NCBI GenBank assembly: GCA_963833285.1
Contig: CAWHXM010000004.1
Coordinates: forward strand, 192,481 to 256,480
Length of the DNA: 64,000 nucleotides
From: an uncultured Chloroflexia bacterium
GTDB lineage: Bacteria > Chloroflexota > Limnocylindria > Limnocylindrales > CSP1-4
Direction: 5' to 3'
In this document: piece after piece, positions 37,429 through 48,400 of the stretch
Layout of the letters: each line of letters begins with the position of its first letter
How positions within the stretch are numbered: the stretch's first letter is position 1
The notes under the pieces: model-generated
What the model was told of the DNA's origin: nothing
The model's input: the letters and a program-made list of their open reading frames with translations, nothing else
The model's database searches: none
Made by a program: the position numbers and the translations under genes

Positions 37429-38087
37429 AGATCGGGTCGACGGTCGCGCGTTCGCTCGATCGCCTGCTCGCGCCGCCAGCGCTCGACGGCGCCATGGTCG
37501 CCCGAGGTGAGGACGGCCGGGACGCCCATCCCGCGAAAGACGGCCGGTCGCGTGTACTGCGGGTATTCCAGCAACCCGTCGGAGAACGACTCGTCGGCGA
37601 CCGACGCCGCCTCGATGGCGCCGGGCAGCAATCGGAGGACCGCGTCGATGACGACCAGGGCCGGCAGCTCGCCACCGGTCAGGACGTAGTCGCCGATCGA
37701 CAGCTCGAGATCGACCAGCATGCGGATCCGCTCGTCGACGCCCTCGTAGCGGGGACATACGAAGATGAGATGCGATCGTGTGGCCAGATCCGCAGCCCGC
37801 GCCTGGCGGAAGACCTCGCCGATCGGGTCGAGCAGGATCGTCGTCGAACCGTGGCGCCGGAGCGCCTCGAGGGCGTCCGCCACCGGTTCGGGCCGCAGGA
37901 TCATCCCGGCTCCCCCGCCGTACGGCGCGTCGTCCACCGAGCGGTGACGCCCGATCCCCCATTCGCGCAGGTCGTTGATCCGGATGGTGGCGAGGCCCTG
38001 CTCCTGGATCCGGCCCGGGATGCTCTCCGCCAGCGGCCCGTCGAACATCGCCGGAAAGAGGGTCAGGACGTCGATCTCGAGGGTCAT
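37413..38087 (-). CDS. trmD: tRNA (guanine37-N1)-methyltransferase
   Basis: 224 aa from ATG 38087 (ATGA overlap with the rimM stop). [51 protein letters not shown]. Confidence 0.94.
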   Translation of the reverse strand: MTLEIDVLTLFPAMFDGPLAESIPGRIQEQGLATIRINDLREWGIGRHRSVDDAPYGGGAGMILRPEPVADALEALRRHGSTTILLDPIGEVFRQARAADLATRSHLIFVCPRYEGVDERIRMLVDLELSIGDYVLTGGELPALVVIDAVLRLLPGAIEAASVADESFSDGLLEYPQYTRPAVFRGMGVPAVLTSGDHGAVERWRREQAIERTRDRRPDLAAED

Positions 38088-38692
38088 GCGGACGGCTCGG
38101 TCGTGGGCGGTTCTGGCGCCTCGCCCGCCTTCGTGCGCCGCGTCCGCCGCCTGGGCGCCTTCGGGCGGTCGGGATCCGGCGTCCGGGATCGCCGCGGCCG
38201 GAGATCCAGCGATTCGGCATCGACCACGATCTCCCCGCGGCGCGGGGCGAAGACGCGGATGAATGCCCGGACGGCCGGGAGGTCGAAGCTGCCGAACGGC
38301 CCGCCGTCGACGGTGAAGACCTCGGTCTCGCCGATGCGGTAGATGTCGCGCACGGTCCCGAGCTCGGTGCCGTCGATGCCGCGTACCGCGCACCCGATGA
38401 CCTCGTGCCAGTAATACGACCCGCGCGCCAGATCCTGGTCCGGGACCACGACCGATTCGAGATAGGCGCCGCGGAGCGTGTCGGCGCCGTCGCGGGTGGT
38501 GATCTCGCGGAAGCGCAGGCGCCAGCCCGGGCCGTCCACGATCTCGGTCGCCGCCGCGATGGTCAGCGGACGCTCGTCGCCCTCGCGGAAGAGGACCCCG
38601 CCGACCACGAAGCGATCCTCCGGGCGGTCCGTCAGGACCTCCGCGCGGACCGCACCATTGAGCCCGTGGACGCCGCGCACGAGGGCGACCAC
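38084..38692 (-). CDS. rimM: ribosome maturation factor RimM with basic C-terminal tail
   Basis: GTG 38692 gives [21 protein letters not shown]..., followed by a PRC-barrel-like [13 protein letters not shown]. The upstream part of the track ORF overlaps the KH and rpsP genes. Confidence 0.85.
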   Translation of the reverse strand: MVALVRGVHGLNGAVRAEVLTDRPEDRFVVGGVLFREGDERPLTIAAATEIVDGPGWRLRFREITTRDGADTLRGAYLESVVVPDQDLARGSYYWHEVIGCAVRGIDGTELGTVRDIYRIGETEVFTVDGGPFGSFDLPAVRAFIRVFAPRRGEIVVDAESLDLRPRRSRTPDPDRPKAPRRRTRRTKAGEAPEPPTTEPSA

Positions 38693-38709
38693 GAGCCGTT
38701 CGTCGACGC

Positions 38710-38943
38710 TCAGAGGATCTCGAGCTGGACCGGTTCGCCGTCCCGGGCGGCGGTCACCTTGAGCAGGGTCCGGAGCGCCTTGGCCACGCTGCCGTTGCGC
38801 CCGATGACCTTGCCCATGTCGTCCTCGGCGACGTGGAGCTCGATGACGGTCGCGCCGTCCTCCTCGACGACCTCGACGGTCACCGCGTCCGGGTCGTCGA
38901 CCAGCGACTTCGCGACGTACTCGACCAGATCCTTGGCTGCCAT
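38710..38943 (-). CDS. KH domain RNA-binding protein (UPF0109/YlqC-like)
   Basis: 77 aa from ATG 38943. [56 protein letters not shown]. Confidence 0.88.
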   Translation of the reverse strand: MAAKDLVEYVAKSLVDDPDAVTVEVVEEDGATVIELHVAEDDMGKVIGRNGSVAKALRTLLKVTAARDGEPVQLEIL

Positions 38944-38954
38944 CGTCTCGACCC

Positions 38955-39209
38955 CTACTTGGCTGCGGGCACGATGCCCGCGTTGCGGAACAGGCGCAGG
39001 ACGGTGTCCGACGGCTGGGCACCCTTGGCCAGCCACGACTTCGCCGCCTCGGAATCGACGACGAACTCGACCGGCTCGGTGCGCGGGTTGTAGTGGCCGA
39101 TGATCTCGATCGCGCGCCCATCACGGGCGCTGCGGCCGTCGGCGACGACGACGCGATACGTCGGCTGCTTGGTGGCGCCGACGCGCGTCAGCCTGATACG
39201 GACTGCCAT
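38955..39209 (-). CDS. rpsP: 30S ribosomal protein S16
   Basis: 84 aa. [42 protein letters not shown]. Confidence 0.96.
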   Translation of the reverse strand: MAVRIRLTRVGATKQPTYRVVVADGRSARDGRAIEIIGHYNPRTEPVEFVVDSEAAKSWLAKGAQPSDTVLRLFRNAGIVPAAK

Positions 39210-39252
39210 GGGTGTGCCGATCCTCCTGTGTCGGGCGCTTGGGGACGCCTCG

Positions 39253-41166
39253 CTACTTGACCGTGATGATGACCGTGGACGTCGTCAGCCCCGACCCGGT
39301 CGAGTTGGACGCGAACAGCGCGTCGAACGGGACGAGGAACGGCTTGACGTCAGTGTCGTACTTCGTCAGCGCGGCCGGATCGCCGCTGGCGATCCATTTC
39401 TCGGCGATCCCGCGGATGGCCGCCAGGTCGACGAAGGCCGAGCTCGTGCCCGGACCGACCCGGTCGGCGAGCCGCTTGTACTGCGGGTCGGATGCGAGCG
39501 ACGTCGCGTCGGTCGTGTCGAGAACGTGCTTGACGAAGGCCGGGCCCGTGCCGATCACGACGACGTCGTCGGTCACGGCGTAGGCAAGCTGGATGTGCCC
39601 CGTCGGAAGCGGGATCGCCATGCCGCTGGCGCCGGAACTCGACAGCTTCGACGCGTCGCCGACGTCGACGATGGTGATGGTCGTCCCGGCGTACTGCTCG
39701 TCGCGGACGGTGATCCCCTGACCGGCGCCGCCGAGCCCGACGACGGCATGGAGCGCCGCGGACAGGCGGTCGGCCGCGGCCTTGTCGGTCGGGTCGATCA
39801 CGACGCCGCCCTCGAGCGTCCCGCCGGCGTCGTTGACGACGATCGCGGTATCGCCGATCCAGCCGATGGCCGCATCGCGACCGCCGATGAGGCCGAGCGC
39901 CTTGTCGACCTGGTCCAGCATGTCTTTGTACGCGGGCTGGGACGCATACAGCGCCAGCGCCTGCTTGATCGTCACCCCGAGGTCGTTGCTTATCGAGGTG
40001 GCGATCGCGGTCGACGGGATGTGCTTGACGAGGGGGGACGTGCGGTTCTCGGTCGGTCCGATCGGCGTCTCCGGCTTGGGTGCCGTTCCCTCGATGACCA
40101 TCGCGTCGTTGTCGAAGCTCAGCCAGCCCGCGGTCCAGGCCGGCAGCAGCTTCTTCATCGAGTCGTCCAGCGCCGTCATCGATGCGCCGGACTGGGATGC
40201 CGCCGCCTGGCTCAGCTCGCTGGACCAGTCGAGCAAAGGCTGCAGCGCGAGGTAGACGAACCCGACATGGTCCCCGCTGGACGAGGCGAGGGCGGCCTTC
40301 GGACCAGGCTCGGAGGCGAAGCCGCTCTTGCCGCCGGTGTCGACCGCGGCCTTCACTGAGGTGATGTCACCGAACGCGGCGACCTTGTCACCGATGACGG
40401 CGTACGCGATCTTGGGGCCCTCGCCATCGGCAAGGATGGTCAAGGTGACGCCGTTGTACGTCTCCGTCGTGGTCTTGGCACCGCTCGCCGCGATCGTCTT
40501 GTCGATCCACGCATCGGCGGCCGTCGGATCGGTCACCGACAGCAGCGCGAGGCCGCGAAACGCGTTCGTCACCGCCGCCGGGTCGGTCATCGAGGGGGCC
40601 GGCGGGAGTGGTCCGACCGTCAGCGCGATCTGGCCACCGAACCACGGCTTGATGTCGGCCGCATAGGTCTGCTTGTCGGTGGTGGCCCGCTTGATGAATT
40701 GGTCCAGCGTCTCGTCGAGCTTCGAATCGAGCGCGGCCTGGTCGTGGAAGCCGGGGAACTTCGAGAGGAACCCGGCGACCGCCTGGCGCTGGTCGCCGGG
40801 CAGGTCGAGACGGACCTCCGCGTACGCCACCGATCCGGGCGGGACGTAACCGAGGACCGCCGTTTGCGCCTGGCTGTTCGTGATGAGCGCCGCCACCGCG
40901 GCCGACGCGCCGAGCACGACGGCGACGATCGCGAGCGCAGCCGCCCAGCGGAGGCGTCCCCCGCGCCGGCGAGCCGGGGCGGTGCTGACCGGCACGGCCG
41001 GCGCCCAGGCGACCGCCGGCTCGTGTGGCTGCGGGGTCGGGTACGACGGGGTGCCCTCGCCCCAGACCGGCGGCGTGTGACCGATCGGCGTCATCGGGGT
41101 CGGGACCGCGGTCGTCGGATCGAGATCGGTCGTGGTGGTCGGTTCGTTCGGATCGAGGTCGCTCAT
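39253..41166 (-). CDS. membrane-anchored extracytoplasmic protein, DUF3352-like
   Basis: 637 aa. Pro-rich cytoplasmic N-terminus, TM helix [20 protein letters not shown], and a large domain with [11 protein letters not shown]. Family assignment is from memory. Confidence 0.6.
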   Translation of the reverse strand: MSDLDPNEPTTTTDLDPTTAVPTPMTPIGHTPPVWGEGTPSYPTPQPHEPAVAWAPAVPVSTAPARRRGGRLRWAAALAIVAVVLGASAAVAALITNSQAQTAVLGYVPPGSVAYAEVRLDLPGDQRQAVAGFLSKFPGFHDQAALDSKLDETLDQFIKRATTDKQTYAADIKPWFGGQIALTVGPLPPAPSMTDPAAVTNAFRGLALLSVTDPTAADAWIDKTIAASGAKTTTETYNGVTLTILADGEGPKIAYAVIGDKVAAFGDITSVKAAVDTGGKSGFASEPGPKAALASSSGDHVGFVYLALQPLLDWSSELSQAAASQSGASMTALDDSMKKLLPAWTAGWLSFDNDAMVIEGTAPKPETPIGPTENRTSPLVKHIPSTAIATSISNDLGVTIKQALALYASQPAYKDMLDQVDKALGLIGGRDAAIGWIGDTAIVVNDAGGTLEGGVVIDPTDKAAADRLSAALHAVVGLGGAGQGITVRDEQYAGTTITIVDVGDASKLSSSGASGMAIPLPTGHIQLAYAVTDDVVVIGTGPAFVKHVLDTTDATSLASDPQYKRLADRVGPGTSSAFVDLAAIRGIAEKWIASGDPAALTKYDTDVKPFLVPFDALFASNSTGSGLTTSTVIITVK

Positions 41167-41185
41167 CGTGGATCCTTCTGCCGGC

Positions 41186-42517
41186 TCATCGCCGGCCCGT
41201 CAACGCGCCGAGGGCCGCACGCTTGCCGCCGCCGGAGAGCTGTTTCATGAGTCTCTGCATCTCGAGGAACTGCTTCACGAGCCGGTTGACGTCGGGAGGC
41301 GTGGTCCCCGAGCCGGCGGCGATGCGCCGCCGGCGCGAGCTGTTGAGGATCGTCGGGTCGCGGCGCTCGGTCCGGGTCATCGCCCGGATGATCGCCTCGG
41401 TTCGTTTGAGATCGCCCCGGTCGACCGCAGCCTGGGCCTCGCCGGCCAGGTTGCCCATCCCCGGGATCATCGACATGACCTGGCCGAGCGGGCCCATCTT
41501 CTGCATCTGCTGCATCGAGTCGAGCATGTCGTCGAGGGTGAACGCGCCCTTGCGCATCTTGTCCTCGAGCTGGGCGGCCTGCTTCTGGTCGACGTGCTCC
41601 TGGGCGCGCTCGACGAGGGTCAGGATGTCGCCCATGCCGAGGATCCGGCCGGCGAGCCGATCCGGGTGGAAGACCTCGAGGGCGTCGGTCTTCTCGCCGG
41701 TGCCGAGGAACTTGACCGGGACGCCCGTCACTGCCGAGATGGACAGCGCCGCCCCGCCACGGGCGTCACCGTCGATCTTGGTCAGGATCAGGCCGGTGAC
41801 CGGGACGGCCGCGACGAACGCCTGGGCGACGGCGACGGCCTCCTGGCCGGTCATCGCGTCGACGACGAGGAGGGTCTCGACCGGGCGGACCGCGGCGTTG
41901 ACGGCGGCGATCTCCGCCATCAGCGCCTCGTCGATCGACAGGCGTCCGGCGGTATCGAGGATGACCACGTCGCGGACCTGGCGGCGGGCCGCCTCCACGC
42001 CGCCGCGGGCGATGTCGACGACGGACGTCCCGACCGGCGTCCGGTAGATCGGGATGTCCAGGCTCCGGCCGAGCGTCTCGAGCTGGTCGGCGGCGGCAGG
42101 GCGGTATGGGTCGGCGGCGACGAGGAGCGGCCGACGGCCGAGCCTGACGACATGACGCGCCAGCTTTGCGGTGGACGTCGTCTTGCCCGAGCCCTGCAGG
42201 CCGACCATCGCGACCACCGCGGGGTTGCCCGACAGATGGAATGTGCGATCGCCCGCCGACAGGAGCGCGACCAGCTCGTCGTTGACGATCTTGACCACCT
42301 GCTGCCCGGCCGACAGGCTCTCGAGCACCTCGTGGCCGATGGCCCGCTCGCGGACTCGTGCCACGAAGTCCTTGACGACCTTGAAGTTGACGTCCGCCTC
42401 GAGCAACGCCAGGCGGACCTCGCGCATCGCGGCATCGACGTCGGCCTCGCTGATCCGGCCGCGGCCGGTCAGGTCGCCGAGCGTCTTGCGCAACCGCTCG
42501 CTCAGGGTGTCGAACAT
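41186..42517 (-). CDS. ffh: signal recognition particle protein Ffh
   Basis: 443 aa from ATG 42517. MFDTLSERLRKTLGDL, GLQGSGKTTS, DTAGRL, Met-rich M domain. The track ORF extends 133 junk codons upstream. Confidence 0.95.
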   Translation of the reverse strand: MFDTLSERLRKTLGDLTGRGRISEADVDAAMREVRLALLEADVNFKVVKDFVARVRERAIGHEVLESLSAGQQVVKIVNDELVALLSAGDRTFHLSGNPAVVAMVGLQGSGKTTSTAKLARHVVRLGRRPLLVAADPYRPAAADQLETLGRSLDIPIYRTPVGTSVVDIARGGVEAARRQVRDVVILDTAGRLSIDEALMAEIAAVNAAVRPVETLLVVDAMTGQEAVAVAQAFVAAVPVTGLILTKIDGDARGGAALSISAVTGVPVKFLGTGEKTDALEVFHPDRLAGRILGMGDILTLVERAQEHVDQKQAAQLEDKMRKGAFTLDDMLDSMQQMQKMGPLGQVMSMIPGMGNLAGEAQAAVDRGDLKRTEAIIRAMTRTERRDPTILNSSRRRRIAAGSGTTPPDVNRLVKQFLEMQRLMKQLSGGGKRAALGALTGRR

Positions 42518-42607
42518 GGTCCGGGTGGGGACTCCAGCGTGGGGGTGGACCCGGGCGGCGCGGGCCGGACCGGGGGGTGCGCGAGTTCTGACGCACCGAG
42601 CGGGGCG

Positions 42608-42613
42608 AGTGTA
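42608..42613 (-). promoter_or_regulatory. -10 element TACACT (gcgcTACACT) upstream of ffh
   Basis: Minus-strand GCGCTACACT about 90 nt upstream of the ffh ATG. Confidence 0.35.
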
Positions 42614-42680
42614 GCGCAGGTCGTTGCGGGACGCCGCCGAGCCGGAAGTACCAGCGGGCCACCGACCATGCTCCCGCCCC

Positions 42681-42775
42681 ATGCGCAACCCGTTCTCATC
42701 GCCACTCTGGCGCAACCAGGCATTCGTGCGGGTCTGGGCCGCGGCGACTGTGTCGATCTTCGGCTCGCTCATCGG
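42681..42775 (+). pseudogene. relic of the first 31 codons of an MFS transporter paralog
   Basis: MRNPFSSPLWRNQAFVRVWAAATVSIFGSLI versus VRNPFSSPLWSNRAFVRVWSAASISIFGSLI at 42935: 25/31 aa and ~76% nt identity. The frame degenerates right after. Confidence 0.7.
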
Positions 42776-42888
42776 TGCGCCGCCTCGTGTCGCTCCCCGA
42801 GCGCGCCGGTGGCGAGCCACGGCCGGCGCTGGACGCCATCGCCGTCGCAGTCGCGACGGATATGGAGCAGCCGCCCGGGGCATAGGTG

Positions 42889-42903
42889 CTTCCGGACCGG
42901 AAG
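42889..42903. promoter_or_regulatory. 15-bp perfect palindrome CTTCCGGACCGGAAG upstream of the MFS gene (operator candidate)
   Basis: Read directly, 32 nt upstream of the GTG at 42935. Confidence 0.3.
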
Positions 42904-42934
42904 TCGCATCGGCCACGGCCTATGCTCCGGCTTC

Positions 42935-44257
42935 GTGCGCAATCCGTTCTCCTCCCCGCTCTGGTCGAACCGGGCGTTCGTCCGGGTCTGGAGCGCCGCG
43001 TCGATCTCGATCTTCGGGTCCCTGATCACGGGCATGGCGCTGCCCCTGACGGCCATCCTCGTGCTCGGCGCAGGCGCGGTCGAGGTAGCCATCCTGAGCG
43101 CGCTGCAGCTCGGCGCGGCACTCGTCTTCGGCCTCGTGGCCGGGGCCTGGGTGGACCGCCTGCGACGCCGGCCGGTCCTCATCTGGGCGGACCTCGGGCG
43201 GTTCGCGCTGCTCGGCTCGATCCCGGTCGCCTTCGCGTTCGGCGTGCTGACGTTCGTGCAGCTGCTCGTGGTCGCGGCGCTGGCCTCGATCCTCACGACG
43301 TTCTTCGACGCGGCCGACAACGCGTACCTGCCGACGGTCGTCGAGCGAGACCAGCTCGTCGAGGCTAACGGCGCTCTCGCCGCGAGCGGCTCCGCCGCCG
43401 AGTTCGCAGGGTTCGGCATCGGCGGCTTCCTCGTCCAATGGCTGACCGCCCCCGTCGCGATCGCGGTTGATGCGGGCACCTTCCTCGTCTCGGCGCTGTT
43501 GCTCGGCACGATCCGGGCGAAGGAAGATGCGCCGCCACCGCGCGAGGACCGTGAGCCGGTCCTGTCCGAGATCCGCGACGGCCTCCGGCTGGTTCGCCAC
43601 GACCCTGTCCTGCGCGCATTCGTCGGCGCGCAGATGTCGCTTGCCGTGCTGTACGGGATCTTTGGCGCGACGTGGCTCCTGTTCGTGCTCAACCAGCTGG
43701 GCATCGGGCCTGCGGCCATCGGTGTCATCGCGGGGGTCGGTGGGTTCGCGTCGTTCGTCGGCGCCATCGCAGCCACGCGCGCGACGCGGCGTTGGGGAGT
43801 AGGCCCGGTCGCCATCGGGGCCGTGCTCGTGACCGCGGTCGGGAACGCCTTCGTTCCGCTTGCCCCGAACGACCTGCCGCTCGTGGCGATCGGCTGCCTG
43901 ATCACGGCACAGCTCGTCGGTGACTCGGCCGCGACCGTCTACGAGATCACCGAGGTCTCGGTCCGTCAGACTGTGGTTCGCGATCGGGCGCTCGGGCGCG
44001 TCTCCTCGACGTTCCACGTCGCGGCGGGTGTGGCGCAACTCGCCGCCACCCTCGTCGCCGGACTCCTTGCCGCACTGATCGGGCTGCGCGCGACGATGTG
44101 GCTGGCACCGTTCTGGGCATTCGTTGCCGCGTGGATCCTGTGGCGCTCACCCGTCCGTCGGCTTCGGGAGCTGCCGGAGCCGGGCGTCGCGGACGCCTCG
44201 TTCGATCCCGTCGCGGCCGCGCTGGATGCGAAACGGGAGCATGAACCAGGGACCTGA
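42935..44257 (+). CDS. MFS transporter (EntS/transmembrane-secretion-effector-like)
   Basis: 440 aa from GTG 42935 with ~12 predicted TM helices. AGAWVDRLRRRPVLIWADLGR is the loop 2-3 motif. It is the last part of a 1041-aa track ORF whose upstream part is antisense to ffh. Confidence 0.85.
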   Translation: MRNPFSSPLWSNRAFVRVWSAASISIFGSLITGMALPLTAILVLGAGAVEVAILSALQLGAALVFGLVAGAWVDRLRRRPVLIWADLGRFALLGSIPVAFAFGVLTFVQLLVVAALASILTTFFDAADNAYLPTVVERDQLVEANGALAASGSAAEFAGFGIGGFLVQWLTAPVAIAVDAGTFLVSALLLGTIRAKEDAPPPREDREPVLSEIRDGLRLVRHDPVLRAFVGAQMSLAVLYGIFGATWLLFVLNQLGIGPAAIGVIAGVGGFASFVGAIAATRATRRWGVGPVAIGAVLVTAVGNAFVPLAPNDLPLVAIGCLITAQLVGDSAATVYEITEVSVRQTVVRDRALGRVSSTFHVAAGVAQLAATLVAGLLAALIGLRATMWLAPFWAFVAAWILWRSPVRRLRELPEPGVADASFDPVAAALDAKREHEPGT

Positions 44258-44271
44258 GCGGAGGGCGACCC

Positions 44272-45444
44272 TCAAGCGAACAGCGCAGCCACGAACGCGT
44301 CGGGATCGAACGGGATGAGGTCGCCGACCGCCTCCCCCACCCCGACGAAGCGGACCGGCACGTGGAGCGCGTCCTCGATGGCGAAGACGATCCCGCCCTT
44401 CGCCGTGGAATCGAGCTTGGTCAGGACGATGCCCGTCAGCCCGACGGCCTCGTGGAACGCCTTCGCCTGGGCGAGGCCGTTCTGGCCGGTCGTCGCGTCG
44501 AGGACGAAGATCGTCTCCGGCTCCGCGCCGGGCAGCCGCTTGTCGATGATGCGCCGGACCTTGGCCAGCTCGTCCATGAGGTTCGACCGCGTGTGGAGCC
44601 GGCCGGCGGTGTCGGCGATGACGAGGTCGGCGCCGCGCGCGACGGCCGCATCGAGCGCGTCGTACACGACCGCCCCGGGATCGGCTCCCGGGGCGTGGGC
44701 GACCATCGGGACGTTGGCGCGGTCCGCCCAGATGCGCAACTGGTCGATCGCAGCGGCGCGGAACGTGTCGCCGGCGGCAAGGATGACCGAGCGCCCTTCG
44801 GCGGCGTAGCGGCTCGCGAGCTTGCCGATGGTCGTGGTCTTGCCGGTCCCGTTGACGCCGACCACGAGGACGACCGCAGGGCCGCCGGGCAGTGCGGAGC
44901 GGGGGCTCCAGGCGAGATCGCGTGGAACCAGGAGCGCGGCGAGCTCGGCCCGGATGGCCGCCTCGGGACCGCCCGGTTCGCGGCGCTTGCGGGCGCGTTC
45001 GACGAGATCGATGGCCAGGGTCGCGCCGACGTCGCCCGCGATGAGCGTCTCCTCGACCTCGTCCCACGACGGCCCTTCGCCGGTCCCTGTCCCGAGGAAC
45101 CCGCGGAGACGGGACATGAAGTTGCCACGAGTACGCTCGAGACCGACCTCGAGCGCGGCCTCCGGGGTCGGGGCGGGCTCGCGGACGGGCTCCGCCCCGG
45201 CCGGGGTGGGTGGCGCTGCGATCGGGACCGGCGTCGGGAACTGGATGGTCATGACCGACGGCGACTCCGCCTCGAACGGCAGCAGGGGGTCGGCGGTCGG
45301 GATCGGCTCGACCGGGGTACCGTCGTCGAGGTCGCCGAAATCGGCCGGGTCCGGCTCCCAGTCGGGGTCGACCAGCGCCGGGTCGACCGGTTCATCGACC
45401 TCGGGCGTCGGCGGTTCGTCAGGGCGACGGCGCCAGAACGGCAT
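44272..45444 (-). CDS. ftsY: signal recognition particle receptor FtsY
   Basis: 390 aa. Acidic N-terminus, GVNGTGKTTTIGKL, DTAGRLH, TKLDSTAKGG. Confidence 0.95.
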   Translation of the reverse strand: MPFWRRRPDEPPTPEVDEPVDPALVDPDWEPDPADFGDLDDGTPVEPIPTADPLLPFEAESPSVMTIQFPTPVPIAAPPTPAGAEPVREPAPTPEAALEVGLERTRGNFMSRLRGFLGTGTGEGPSWDEVEETLIAGDVGATLAIDLVERARKRREPGGPEAAIRAELAALLVPRDLAWSPRSALPGGPAVVLVVGVNGTGKTTTIGKLASRYAAEGRSVILAAGDTFRAAAIDQLRIWADRANVPMVAHAPGADPGAVVYDALDAAVARGADLVIADTAGRLHTRSNLMDELAKVRRIIDKRLPGAEPETIFVLDATTGQNGLAQAKAFHEAVGLTGIVLTKLDSTAKGGIVFAIEDALHVPVRFVGVGEAVGDLIPFDPDAFVAALFA

Positions 45445-45453
45445 CGCTCGAGC

Positions 45454-48400
45454 TTACCCGGCAGCGGCCGCCACGCCGCGATCGCGGGCGGCGAGCGCCT
45501 GGGCCTCCTCGAGCCGAAGGCTGATGACCCGGCTGACCGAATCGTCGCCGACCGTCACGCCGTACAGCGCGTCGGCGGCCTCGATGGTCCCGCGGTTGTG
45601 GGTGATGACGATGAACTGCGTCTGGTGGGCGAGAGACCGGAGCGCGTCGGCGAAGCGGCCGATGTTCGCTTCGTCGAGCGCCGCATCCACCTCGTCGAGG
45701 ACGCAGAACGGCACCGGCCGGACCTCGAGCATCGCGAACAACAGCGCGACCGCGGTCAGCGCGCGCTCGCCACCCGACAGCATCGCCAGCGCCTGCGCCT
45801 TCTTGCCCGGCGGGCGGGCGACGATCTCGATGCCGGTCGACCCGAGATCGGTCGGATCGGTCAGCGACAGCTTGGCGAAGCCGCCGCCGAACAGCTGCTC
45901 GAACCGGTTCGCGAACGCGCTCTCGAGCGCGGCGAACGTCGTCCGGAAGCGGTCGGCGATCATCGAGTCCAGCTCGGCGATGAGATCGCGGGTTTTGACG
46001 ATGGCCGTGCGGAGGTCGGATGCCTGCAGTTCGAGGGTCTCGAGCCGGGACTTGAGCGCGGCGTACTCGTCTACGGCGTACGGGTTGACCGCACCGAGCT
46101 CGTGGAAGCGGCGGCGCAGCTGCCCGAGCCTGATCGAGCTCGGTGGCAGGGCGCTCGGCGGCCGGGCGGCCCACAGCGGCGTCACGCGGGCGAGGGCCGC
46201 TTCGAGGGCCGCGACCTCGTCCGAGATCGCGTCGTCGTCCGCGGCGACGTACAAGAGTGCCCCGCGCGGGTCGTCCCTGGGCGCGCCGCCGGCTTCACGC
46301 AGCCGGGCGATCCCGAGCTCCCCGAGACCACCGATCTCGACCACGACGCTCTCATGCAAGGCCTCGAGCCCCAGGCGCGCCTCGAGGTCGACGTGGTCTG
46401 CCGCGCGCAGACGGGCGTCGGCGGCCCGCAGGCGTTCGCGTGCCTCGCTCGCGTCGCGCTCCGTGTCGGCCAGTAGCTCGCGGTCGGCCGTTTCGGCGGC
46501 ATGGACCTCGGACAGGGCGACGCGTGCCGCCGCCTCGCGGGCGGTGGTCGCCGAGATCTCGGATCGCAGCGCGTCCCGTTCCACAGCGAGGGATCGCTCG
46601 CGTTCGGCGAGGGCGGCGACGTCGCGATCCGCGCGAGCCATCCGTTCCTCGGCCATCGCCGTCGATGCCTCTGCTCGCGAACGCCGATGCTCGGCGTCCC
46701 GGCGGGCCGCGTCGCGAGTCCCGGCTTCCTCTGCCAGGCGGTCACGTCGGGCACGCAGCTCCGTCGCGCGAGCCTCCCACGCGGCGAGTGCGGGACCGTC
46801 CGCTCCGCCGGGGTCGGCCGTGGGCGCGCTCACGTCGGCCGGCCGGGCGGCATCGGCGTCCGCGGCGGCCACGGCGAGCCGCGCCCGCTCAAGGTCGGCG
46901 GCGAGGCGCTCGGCCTGCGCTTCGTGCCAGGACGCCTCACGGACCACGGTCTCGAGCTGGCGAGCCGCGAGTCGTTCCGCCTCCTCGGCTGCCCGGCGCG
47001 CCCCGCTCGTCCGGGCCTCCTCCGCGCGGGCCGCCTCGGCGCCGTCGATCGCCGCCTGCGCGTCGGCCGCCGCGCGGATGGCGGAGGCCCGGAGATCCGC
47101 GACGTGGAGGTCGAGCGTCTCCACCTCACGGGCGAGGCGTTCGGTCTCGGCTCGCCGCTCCAGGACGGACTCGGCGGCGCCGAACGTGACCCCCAGATCG
47201 CCGACGACCGCACTGCCGTCGCGCGGGACGGCGATCCAGCCGGGTGGCAGCGCGGGCTGGATCGCCAGGCACGCCGCGACGTCCGGCAGCCACGCCGCGC
47301 GTGCGAGGAGGCGTCGGGCCGCGCCCGTCGTGTCGCGACGGACCGCCGTATCCAGCGTGCCACCGCCCGCCGCGGCGAGCGCCTCGCGGAAGCGACGCTC
47401 GCGAGCGTCATCGCCGCCGGGCTGGCCGGCCGCGCGTTCGGCCACGATGAGCGAGCCTCGCTCGGCCGCGAGCGAGGGCACCGCGTCGGCGCCAACGACG
47501 TAGGCACGCGTCGCGTCCGCCAGCGCGGCCTCGACAGCGGCCCGCAGTGCTGGATCGATGGCGAGGTCCTCGTCCAGCCGTCGACCACCCGCACGGCGTG
47601 CAGCACGGGCGATGCCGCGAGACTCCTCTTCGGCAAGGCGTGCCTCGAGCCCGTCGAGACGCGCACGGATGGCCGCGGCCGACGCACTGGTGGCCACCGC
47701 CCGCTCATGGGCTGCCGCCCGCCCGGCCTCGGTCGCGTTGGCCCGCTCGCGCGCCGCCTCGCGGCGAGTCGCCGCAGCGCGCTCCGCCTCGGTGCAGGCG
47801 GCGAGCGCCGCACGGGCACGGGCCACGTCCGCCTCCAGCCCGGCACGGCGAGCGGCCGACGCTGCCGCCTGCTCGCCTTGATCATCGGCACGGCGTTCGG
47901 CCTCGGACAGCCGGCGCCGGGCGGTCTCGCCCTCCGCCTGACGCGCCGCCGCCGCCCGTCGAAGCGCCGCCAGCTCCTCGCCCTGCGCCTGCCGCGCGCT
48001 GCGCAGCGTCCCGAGCTCCGCGAGCGCATGGGCCAGCTCCCGTTCCGCCTCGCCGAGCATCCCTTCGAGATCGAGATCGCGCGGCGGTACGGGCGCGGCG
48101 AGCGCGCGACTCCCGGCGGCCACCTCGGCCTCGGCCGCGGCCCGCTCCTCGAACAGCCTCCGCCGGTCGCGTTCCAGCGCCTCGAGCTCCGAAGTGAGGC
48201 GCGCGTCCCGCACCTGGGCGGCGGTCGCCGCCGAGCTCGCCGTGTCGTGCGCCTCCCGGCGCTCCCGTTCGAGCGTTGCGCGCATCGCGAGCTCGCCCGA
48301 CAGCACCGCGGCAGCCGCCTCGGCCGCCGCAAGCTCGGCCATCGCGCGGTCGACCAGCTCGCGGGCCGCGTCCCGATCCGCTTCGGCCGCGCCGAGCCGC

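Noticed and set aside
41132-44257. 1041-aa plus-strand ORF, the longest plus-strand ORF of this region
   Set aside because: Only its last 440 codons (from GTG 42935) look like a protein, namely the MFS transporter. The first ~600 codons are antisense to ffh and the DUF3352 gene, with Arg/Gly/Asp/Ala-rich text typical of non-coding frames in high-GC DNA.
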